A stretch of DNA of 64,000 bases from a virus (lineage: Duplodnaviria; Caudoviricetes): IMG/VR virus record IMGVR_UViG_3300004481_001142, positions 2,574-66,573 of that record; one strand, given 5' to 3'. A model generated the notes under the pieces. The model made no database searches and was not told the DNA's origin. It worked only from the letters and a program-made list of their open reading frames with translations. Below, piece by piece: positions 53,625 to 61,681 of the stretch (its first letter is position 1; each line of letters starts with the position of its first letter). A program made the translations under genes and the position numbers.

Positions 53625-55028
53625 TTACGGCCGCCAAGATAATGATTGCATCGCGCCTGTGAATTGATTACATGTACCACTAGAATTACAGTCACCACCA
53701 GCACCCGGAGAATTACAAGTACCAGTTTGCTGATTCAATGGATTGTAACCCGTAGCTACTGATGCCGCTGCACATGCTTCACTCCGTGCTGCTATTACTG
53801 AAATATCATCAGCTTTTGATATCAATTGTGAATATAATGTTTGCTGAACTACCCATATAACTTTGTACGTTCCAACTTTAATGCCAGATATATTCATCCA
53901 AGCAAAATCTGCATAATAATGACCTGGGCCATTTCTCATGGCCACACGATCCACTTGACCACTAACTGTATTTCCTTTAGGATCATAAATTGTATACTTG
54001 ACTGAATAAGGATCAAATGGTTGACTGTTAACTGAAAAGTAGATCGGTATCAAGAAACTAAATTCATATGAGCATTCATCAAAAGCTTCAATTTCCGATC
54101 CACTATAAATTAATATGCAAGAACCTTCACCGATCTTATAACCAGAAGCTATAATTTGTGATCCACCATAAATTAATACATTAGACTTGCCCTTAACTGA
54201 TGACATCGTCGATCCTGGATAGGTCAACGAACCTTCACCAATACCAATTTTAACACCTGTCGATTCAATCTCGCTGCCGGGATAATATAAAACTTGTGCT
54301 TGGAAATAACTATCAAACAAAGCCCACATTACAACTTTATTATCAAAAATTGCATTAGGATCTGAATGTAAATATCTAAAATCAGATTTCTCTAATTGTC
54401 TATTCCACAAATAAATAAATGATATTGCGCCTTGAAAATTGTTAAACGGTGCAATCGATCGTCCACCAATTATTGAAGGATTAAAGATTGCTGACTGTAA
54501 CTTATTATCAAATGTGCTTATAGCATCTTCAAATCCATTTCTAAATCCCCGTAATACTTTATTTGAAAAATCCCATGTCAGACCTATATCTGCCCATTCA
54601 TCTTTAGTTGATATCTGTGAAAATGCAAGATCTTCAACATTAATGCCATCACCTAATGATACATGAAATATGTCTGTAATATCTCTATAAAGTAAACTAT
54701 GTCTATCAGTTAATGTATTTTCAGCTGACCAAATAGCTTCTGCAGCTCCAGTCCGAGACGGCAGCACTTTTACTAATATAGAAAAACCATCTGTCGGAAG
54801 ATCTATAGAATCTGCAGTTATCTCTAACTGTGTGCTTCCGTCTAAATAAAGTGCATTACCCTCTGTTGTCGCTATCCATGACGGACTACCATTAATAATT
54901 GCGTCACTTTGATTGTCTGTACTGTCGTATATAACAGACCCTGTCAGTTCATCGCAGACCCATACTCCAATCAATCCGCGAGAAAAATGATTGAATCTTC
55001 TTAATGACGCACCACGCAATCTAAGCAT
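53625..55028 (-). CDS. LamG/concanavalin-A-like domain virion protein with adaptor-like beta domain and Cys-rich tail
   Basis: GLIGVW...G..IYD...ALYLDGS...FSILVKV...W.DIGLTWD...NG...IIGGR...FQGAISFIYLWNRQL (LamG-type). Confidence 0.75.
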   Translation of the reverse strand: MLRLRGASLRRFNHFSRGLIGVWVCDELTGSVIYDSTDNQSDAIINGSPSWIATTEGNALYLDGSTQLEITADSIDLPTDGFSILVKVLPSRTGAAEAIWSAENTLTDRHSLLYRDITDIFHVSLGDGINVEDLAFSQISTKDEWADIGLTWDFSNKVLRGFRNGFEDAISTFDNKLQSAIFNPSIIGGRSIAPFNNFQGAISFIYLWNRQLEKSDFRYLHSDPNAIFDNKVVMWALFDSYFQAQVLYYPGSEIESTGVKIGIGEGSLTYPGSTMSSVKGKSNVLIYGGSQIIASGYKIGEGSCILIYSGSEIEAFDECSYEFSFLIPIYFSVNSQPFDPYSVKYTIYDPKGNTVSGQVDRVAMRNGPGHYYADFAWMNISGIKVGTYKVIWVVQQTLYSQLISKADDISVIAARSEACAAASVATGYNPLNQQTGTCNSPGAGGDCNSSGTCNQFTGAMQSLSWRP

Positions 55029-55036
55029 TTTTACTC

Positions 55037-55426
55037 CTAATTGTTAGCAGCAATAGCAGACACCCAAACCCAGATAACTTGTGTGCTGTTCTCATTAACT
55101 ACTTCTACCTTTATATTATCAAGAGCCATCACGTCTAAATTCGGTATTGTTATTATTTTTTCAGTAAGCGACTGTCTATTCACTCGTTGCGAATACATCG
55201 GAATAGTATCAGGTTTGTTTGCTCCACCACTCTGGTCTATATCATATAAATTGATTATAGTATCACCATCAGGCACATCATCAAATGTGACAGACACTCT
55301 TACTGAAATTTTTATATATGATGGTAAAGTACAATCAATTCTTCCCGCCGCAACGCCACCTGCTGCAATAGTCACTCTTGCAATGTCAGTGCCTATTACG
55401 TCAAACCAATTTGTTTTATTCCACAT
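55037..55426 (-). CDS. Hypothetical beta-rich protein
   Basis: Likely start MWNKTNW at 55426 (GGACGG upstream); ORF-track start 55462 is a TTG. Confidence 0.65.
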   Translation of the reverse strand: MWNKTNWFDVIGTDIARVTIAAGGVAAGRIDCTLPSYIKISVRVSVTFDDVPDGDTIINLYDIDQSGGANKPDTIPMYSQRVNRQSLTEKIITIPNLDVMALDNIKVEVVNENSTQVIWVWVSAIAANN

Positions 55427-55571
55427 TTTATACCGTCCATTTAAAATTAGATTACGCCACAAACCCTTGTAAATAAATACGATTTATAAAAGAAGATGAA
55501 TTGATGATTTGTGGGAATGCAGTAAGCAAGTATTATTATTTTTTATGACACAAATAACATTGACATTCCTA

Positions 55572-57485
55572 TTATTTGCAAGCTTCTATAGCTAAAAATA
55601 AACCAGCAGGCTGCTCTAATGCACGACGAGATGTCGGCGCAATTCTTGCGCATTGTCTAAACCCTGCCCATTGTAATTCTATCATTAATTGTGTTTCAGT
55701 AAATAAAAACTTATGAGTTTGACCTACAACCCATGGAAGTTCAAAGAAATTATTATACAAATTAAGTCTAGAGACCTCATCTGACTCTACAAAAGCTTTA
55801 CACGTCATTAAAAAATCATGCGTCTCGATTATTAATTTGCCATCAGGCTTTAACACGCGACACCATTCTTTCAACACCTTTTGTCCCTCATGAAAATCAA
55901 AATGTTCTATGATGTAAAATGCTCTTATAGTGTCTACAGTATTGTCATCATACGGAATTTTTCTAACATCAAAAATTGTATCAACTTTTGCTGCTTGCGA
56001 CGGATAAAGATCACAATTAATATAAGCTTGCTGATAATCTTCTCCGCAAGCAATATTTAAGTTAATTTGTTGGAGACTAAATCCATGTTTCGTTCGTAAT
56101 TTATCTAATTTTTCATTTGACTTTGCAGCTGCGCCACTTGCGCTGACTAGATATTTAAATGTGATATCATCTATAAATGTGAATTTGCATCCTTTTTTAT
56201 ATAATCTATACCACATGTCCCAGTCTTCTAAACCATCAAGATTGCTATCAAATTCTTCAGCACCGTTTTCAAAACATTGTGATTTAACAATCATTCCAGA
56301 TATCCAGATAAAATTGTTATGCTCTAGCTGCTTACCTATAAATTGATGAGGTGCAACTATTCCAAATGGAAACACCTGAATTTCTCCATCGTGACAATAC
56401 GGCCGACTATAACAACCATCACTGTCATTTCCTAAAAGAGTCACATTATCCAAATGATTATAATGCCATTCATCATCAGCATCAAGAAATGCTATCCAAA
56501 AAGGACCATCAGTTGTTTTAAATGCTTCTTTTATTAATGCATTTCTTGCATGACTTTGACCTTCTCGCTTATTAGATTTTAAAAATACTATTCTAATGTC
56601 ATGATTATTCAAAATATAATCATCAACTATCTGTTGTGATTTATCAGTACTGCCGTCATTGTAAATATAATGAGTTATTTGTGTCCCAATCTGCACATTC
56701 TGATTTTTAACAGATTCAATAGCATTTATAATCTGATTCTCATTATTATATAAAGGCGTTATCACAGCAACTTTCATATATTTGACTTTATATCTCTCAA
56801 ACACTGTTTTCATATTTTTGTTAAACGTCTCTTGCCAATTAGGCAAATCATTAACAGTCAATTCTCCAGTATGATAAATGGGAAATTCACCTATCATTTT
56901 ATCACCTACATTTTTAATTTCTTTATTTTGCGGAACTTGAATTATTTTAAATCCTTTTTGCATCGCCCTAATACAGTAATCTACATCCTCTCCGCTACCA
57001 GATAAAAAACTTTCATCTAAACAACCGATCGAGTCTAATACTTTTCTTGAAATCATCACACAGAAAAATATTAGAAAATAATTACTCATTTCAGCCACAT
57101 ATTGTTTGATTGGTCCTGTTATCCCGCAATTACTATCTGTCAAAAACGGTTCTAACAATATATTTATCCATACATTTTTAATAGAATTGTCAAGTAACAT
57201 GGTGTCATTGTTAAGTAGAATAATATAGTCACCTGTAGCAACTGCCAGCGCTTTATTAACTGCTTGTGAAAAACCTAACGCTTGTGGATAAGAAAGAAGT
57301 ATAAAAGGAGTACCAAGAGAGAGCACGTAATCTTCTGTCTTGTCTGTGCAACCATTAGCAACAACTATTACTTCAATTGTATAATCTTTAAAATCTGTAT
57401 TGCGAACAATGCTGTCACAACATAATTTAAGACCATCATTAAGATGATTATACGTAGGAATGATGATTGATAATTTAATTTGCAT
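55572..57485 (-). CDS. Tandem GT2-GT2 glycosyltransferase fused to a class I SAM methyltransferase
   Basis: SIIIPTYN...ANGCTD...LLNND; VITPLYN...NDGSTD...ARN...FLDADD; LNIACG...INCD...IIEHF...EWCRVLKPDGKL. Confidence 0.9.
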   Translation of the reverse strand: MQIKLSIIIPTYNHLNDGLKLCCDSIVRNTDFKDYTIEVIVVANGCTDKTEDYVLSLGTPFILLSYPQALGFSQAVNKALAVATGDYIILLNNDTMLLDNSIKNVWINILLEPFLTDSNCGITGPIKQYVAEMSNYFLIFFCVMISRKVLDSIGCLDESFLSGSGEDVDYCIRAMQKGFKIIQVPQNKEIKNVGDKMIGEFPIYHTGELTVNDLPNWQETFNKNMKTVFERYKVKYMKVAVITPLYNNENQIINAIESVKNQNVQIGTQITHYIYNDGSTDKSQQIVDDYILNNHDIRIVFLKSNKREGQSHARNALIKEAFKTTDGPFWIAFLDADDEWHYNHLDNVTLLGNDSDGCYSRPYCHDGEIQVFPFGIVAPHQFIGKQLEHNNFIWISGMIVKSQCFENGAEEFDSNLDGLEDWDMWYRLYKKGCKFTFIDDITFKYLVSASGAAAKSNEKLDKLRTKHGFSLQQINLNIACGEDYQQAYINCDLYPSQAAKVDTIFDVRKIPYDDNTVDTIRAFYIIEHFDFHEGQKVLKEWCRVLKPDGKLIIETHDFLMTCKAFVESDEVSRLNLYNNFFELPWVVGQTHKFLFTETQLMIELQWAGFRQCARIAPTSRRALEQPAGLFLAIEACK

Positions 57486-57552
57486 ATAAATTTATATACT
57501 TCTCTACATTAACAATTTATGATTTTAAAAATTACATCTTAGCATTACCTTT

Positions 57553-59334
57553 TTAGAAATTACAACCAAGTTCAAAAAATCCATGTCTCGCAAGCTTACT
57601 ATAAAAAGGACTAACTGATACTATATCTGTCGCCCCCGCTGTAGCAACAGTATGAGTCCATCCATTATATACTGTTCCTTGCGTATCAACTTTTCTTGTA
57701 CTTGCAGCTCCTTGCATAGTGGCACCACCTGCAACATCCCATCTTGAAATTTGTCCAGCATCAGGTGTTAAAGACGAATTATTACCCTGTGTCATTACAT
57801 CTATTACCCAATCTCCATCCTTAACAGTATCAAAAGCTGTTTGGAGATATGTGCCGCTTGTTGTAGAATTTCTGGCAAAACTAAAAGGTACAATTTGTTC
57901 CACATTTGCCAGAGATATACCTCCAGCAACAATGCCTCTATCAAGTGCGGCGTCTATCGTAACTACAATGTCATACGTTCCTGCCACAGGTAAATTCGCT
58001 TCAGGCATATACCATATCGTTGCTAATACATCTACTGCTGTGCCTGCCCAACGGTAATCAAGGTAAGTGCAAGCCACTCCATTATAGGTTACATTTGTTA
58101 TAGTTCTTTCTACCGTATTTTCCAAAGAAATAAGCACAAAAAGCATCCTATTAGTTCCGCCACCTATTGTATGCGCCCATGTTAAGGAGCTGACGGCTCC
58201 TCCATTGGAATTTGATGAACTGTCAAAAACTATTCCTGGATAAGTAGGTTGATTCCATAAGTGAGAAAAAACGTGACTTCCTACCACTAAAACGGGTGAA
58301 GACTTATCTGTTGCTGTATAGTCACCTATTTGTCCATATCCATTGTACCCCCAAACCCATACCTGACCATTTGATTTCAAACCGTGCACAGTTGACCGTT
58401 CTATTGCAACCTCAACAAATGTATGACCCCCCACAACAAGAACAGGAGAAGATTTACTCACAATGGTTTGGTCACCTAGCTGTCCTACACTATTATTACC
58501 CCAACACCAAATTTCGCCATTATCCTTAAGTCCAGCACATAAAGCGTATCCTGCATATATCTGAGTAAATGAATGACTACCAACCACCAGAACAGGAGAA
58601 GAGCGACTTGTACGAGAATTATCTCCTAATTGTCCGATAGTATTATCACCCCATGCCCAAACCTCTCCGTTACTTTTTAATCCGATGGTAAATCGCAAAC
58701 CACAATAAATTTGAATGAAAGAATGATTGCCTGCCACAAAAACAGGTGAAGAGCGACTTGTACGAGATTGGTCTCCTAACTGCCCGTAATCATTCCAACC
58801 CCAGCAAAATGCTCGTCCTTCAGCATCGAGTGCAGCGCAATGAGATTGTCCAGCAGTTCCACCTGCTCCAACTGACATTGCAACAAAGAAATATCCGCCT
58901 ACCACAAGAACAGGAGAAGATTTGCTCGCAGTAGTTTGATCACCTAGTTGACCTCCATTGTTGAGCCCCCACGTCCATAGTTGTCCGTTATCCTTCAAGG
59001 CAGCACACATATATTCACCCATTATTACATGAATGAACGAATGACTTCCTACTACAAGAACAGGAGAAGACCTACTCGTTGTAGATTGATCACCTAACTG
59101 GCCTGCTATGTTATATCCCCACGTCCACACTTGTCCATTAGATTTTAAACCTGCGCTATTAGCAAGAGTGATACCGCCGCCTATAGAAATCTTTGTAAAA
59201 ACATGACTTCCTACAACGAGTATAGGTGAAGATTTGCTAGCTACTGTTTGGTCACCTAATTGACCGGCAGTATTACAACCCCATGACCAAGGGACTCCCG
59301 TTGGCTTTATTGCTAGGGCATGATAAGTATTCAT
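57553..59334 (-). CDS. RCC1-repeat beta-propeller protein with C-terminal beta-sandwich (putative fibre head / adhesin)
   Basis: Seven W.WG.N..GQLGD....S.SSPVLVVG.H.F repeats (~51 aa, ~153 bp period); TAATG overlap with upstream gene. Confidence 0.88.
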   Translation of the reverse strand: MNTYHALAIKPTGVPWSWGCNTAGQLGDQTVASKSSPILVVGSHVFTKISIGGGITLANSAGLKSNGQVWTWGYNIAGQLGDQSTTSRSSPVLVVGSHSFIHVIMGEYMCAALKDNGQLWTWGLNNGGQLGDQTTASKSSPVLVVGGYFFVAMSVGAGGTAGQSHCAALDAEGRAFCWGWNDYGQLGDQSRTSRSSPVFVAGNHSFIQIYCGLRFTIGLKSNGEVWAWGDNTIGQLGDNSRTSRSSPVLVVGSHSFTQIYAGYALCAGLKDNGEIWCWGNNSVGQLGDQTIVSKSSPVLVVGGHTFVEVAIERSTVHGLKSNGQVWVWGYNGYGQIGDYTATDKSSPVLVVGSHVFSHLWNQPTYPGIVFDSSSNSNGGAVSSLTWAHTIGGGTNRMLFVLISLENTVERTITNVTYNGVACTYLDYRWAGTAVDVLATIWYMPEANLPVAGTYDIVVTIDAALDRGIVAGGISLANVEQIVPFSFARNSTTSGTYLQTAFDTVKDGDWVIDVMTQGNNSSLTPDAGQISRWDVAGGATMQGAASTRKVDTQGTVYNGWTHTVATAGATDIVSVSPFYSKLARHGFFELGCNF

Positions 59335-60935
59335 TACAGAATTCCTCTGATTTTTTCTACAACATCATCAGGAGCCAATAAATATTCATTCCAGTCCGAT
59401 AATGTAAATTCAGCACTCGCACTATGCACACATGAAGGTTGAGAATTAAACTCATCACAAGGTAGCTTTTTATAGAGTGCCATAGCTTTATAATATAAAT
59501 TTCCATTTCTGTAAGGCAAAACATGGTCTGGATGCTTACAAGTAGGAATTAAAACAATCCAATTATCAAAAGCACCTGCAATATGAATTGGTGCTGAATC
59601 ATTCGATAAAAGAACTTTTGCCTTAGCTATTAGCGCAGTAAGTGTTCCAAGATCAGTAAGGTTTCTCAAATCAATTGCACCTTCTGGACACGTAACGTCT
59701 ACTGCTCCTCTTGTTTTATCATCCTTTCCAACAATACAAACTTTGCCAATTTTTGAAAGTCCGTCAATAATTTCTTGCCAATATGTTGTAGGAAGAGTTT
59801 TGCTTTGCCAATGTCTTCCTGGATGAACAACTATCAAATCTTTTGCATCTCCGACCAATTCAGCTAAATTTTTAACATCTTCCTCGTTAACTTCCATTTT
59901 TACTTGTCTATCAGCCATAGGCAATGTTCTTTTCAATAAGGCCATTGAACAAAAATCAACGGTATGACACATCAAGTTTGATACCACTCTCCAAGTTATT
60001 GATTCTGGTGGAGGCAAACTCTGTGTCTGATAATACGGAACGTCTACAGCTCCTGGAAACTTTCCTTGCATCCATACTTGAACGTCCAAATGTTTGAATA
60101 GTATAGGATAATGTGTCATCACAATAACTTCATCTTCAAGGTAAAGCCTATTTTTCATAAATCTGATTGCAGGTTCTGCATTAATTTGATCACCAAGTCC
60201 ACCCGCTACACTAATTAAAATATGTTTTTTGTACTTATAATTTCCCTTATCACGTTTCCATATATCTAAGTCCTTATTAATCAATTCCAAAACTTTTTCT
60301 ACTGGATTTGGTAAGAACATAAATCCAGCATAATGTATTATATACGATGCCTGTCTATCTTCCCCACTAACAATATCCAGACAATTCATTCGATTAAATC
60401 TGTATTCGAGATCAAAGACTTCGACATCGCCTGCTAAAACTGTTTGTGCTATTTTTACATTCAAGTAACTTTGCTCATAAAAATTTTTATTATATTCGAT
60501 TTCAGGCTTCTTAAATAGATATTTATGCACTCTTGATATAACCATTACACCACTATTATAATATTTTCCGTTCCAAGCTTCGAGAGACATTTTGTAAGCA
60601 TTACAGGTATCAATCATTAATTCTTTACTTCGATCAGCAAAAGGTGCTTCGTTAAATAGACCCAATTTATCTTTCGGTACTAACTCAAAAAGATTCGGAC
60701 AATCCTCACGAACAAGAACATCCGTGTCAACATAGATTATCCTTTCGTACTTATTTAGCAAATCAAAAATCTGGAACTTTTCCCAATGAGAAGTTGAGGT
60801 GGATAGCTTCTTTTCTGATATAACTAGAAAATCAGCCCCAATTTTTTCTGCGTAAGCTTTAATAGTAGGATGTGTAAACTCTGCTAACTTTGAATATACT
60901 CCCCCTTGACAAATCGTCAGCACTAAATTCTTCAC
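59334..60935 (-). CDS. GT8-like (GT-A) plus GT9 heptosyltransferase-like (GT-B) fusion glycosyltransferase
   Basis: YVDTDVLV DxD...YYNSGVMV...EQSYLN...IIHYAG; GGLGDQI...VVHPG...KT...DLRNLTDLGTLTALIAKAKVLLSNDSAPIHIAGA; GTG start with AAGGAG RBS. Confidence 0.85.
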   Translation of the reverse strand: MKNLVLTICQGGVYSKLAEFTHPTIKAYAEKIGADFLVISEKKLSTSTSHWEKFQIFDLLNKYERIIYVDTDVLVREDCPNLFELVPKDKLGLFNEAPFADRSKELMIDTCNAYKMSLEAWNGKYYNSGVMVISRVHKYLFKKPEIEYNKNFYEQSYLNVKIAQTVLAGDVEVFDLEYRFNRMNCLDIVSGEDRQASYIIHYAGFMFLPNPVEKVLELINKDLDIWKRDKGNYKYKKHILISVAGGLGDQINAEPAIRFMKNRLYLEDEVIVMTHYPILFKHLDVQVWMQGKFPGAVDVPYYQTQSLPPPESITWRVVSNLMCHTVDFCSMALLKRTLPMADRQVKMEVNEEDVKNLAELVGDAKDLIVVHPGRHWQSKTLPTTYWQEIIDGLSKIGKVCIVGKDDKTRGAVDVTCPEGAIDLRNLTDLGTLTALIAKAKVLLSNDSAPIHIAGAFDNWIVLIPTCKHPDHVLPYRNGNLYYKAMALYKKLPCDEFNSQPSCVHSASAEFTLSDWNEYLLAPDDVVEKIRGIL

Positions 60936-60958
60936 AATTCTGCTCCTTTAATTGGTTG

Positions 60959-61660
60959 TTAATCGGTAAATCCATACATGTCACAAATGTTACTTATCAT
61001 GTATGCAAGCCAAGCCATATCGTCATCAGTTGCTGTAACGCCTTTTGACCTAACTGCTGGATCCTGTGATATATACATCATGACTGTCTTTAGATAATCT
61101 TCGGGTAATTTGAAACAGGCCGTTGCCCATTTGTTCTTTTTGGTCCATACACCTCCATCCACCCAGATTGAACCATTCCATTTATATTTGTGTGCAGCAG
61201 TCCATCCATTAGCTGTAACCTTAGCCACATATTGGTCATTTAATGTAGGAGTTGAAGGCAAAGCCGATGTATTATCATATACAGCTATAAGAGTAGTACC
61301 TGCTGTTTTAATAAGCCATCCCAATAGCCTATTTCTTAATGTTGTGTTACTGTATATTGTTGCATAGCTTAAAAAACTACCGTTAGGAGTCGATATGTCC
61401 TTCAAAGACGTATTGACTGGCTCATCTCCTTCATATCTCGCCCATTCATCACCTTGACCTCTATGATAGACAAGATAAGTTATAGATTTTCTGATTGCAA
61501 GCGGTTTTTGATTCTTTTCAGATAGGCCCCCTTCAACAACTTCAACAGACACTAAGGTAATTCCTTTTCCATCTTCGGAAGAAAGTGCCTGTCCCGTAGG
61601 GTCAACCAAAAGAAATCCATAATTTGCTATTAGGTCTGCTAACAACTGCGCCTCTGTCAT
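60959..61660 (-). CDS. Hypothetical virion-associated protein
   Basis: 233 aa; GGAGG RBS; internal LPSTP..NDQY...YKWNGSIWVDGG fibre-type insert. Confidence 0.65.
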   Translation of the reverse strand: MTEAQLLADLIANYGFLLVDPTGQALSSEDGKGITLVSVEVVEGGLSEKNQKPLAIRKSITYLVYHRGQGDEWARYEGDEPVNTSLKDISTPNGSFLSYATIYSNTTLRNRLLGWLIKTAGTTLIAVYDNTSALPSTPTLNDQYVAKVTANGWTAAHKYKWNGSIWVDGGVWTKKNKWATACFKLPEDYLKTVMMYISQDPAVRSKGVTATDDDMAWLAYMISNICDMYGFTD

Positions 61661-61681
61661 ACAAAACCTCCCTTTGAATTG

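Noticed and set aside
55457-55514. Nested inverted repeats CCACAAA/TTTGTGG around ATAAAT-ACG-ATTTAT as a structured RNA leader
   Set aside because: The stems are only 6-7 bp and mostly AT, with a large unpaired interior; this is expected by chance.
32730-57553. T4-like late promoter TATAAAT in intergenic gaps (near 32750, 55485, 57490)
   Set aside because: The motif is short and AT-only in an AT-rich genome, with inconsistent flanks and spacing; it cannot be told from background without enrichment statistics.
33086-59334. Diversity-generating retroelement acting on the propeller or RCC1 repeats
   Set aside because: No reverse transcriptase or non-coding template repeat is visible; the repeats are in-frame coding units, and I saw no adenine-restricted mismatch pattern (not tested computationally; a DGR outside the window cannot be excluded).
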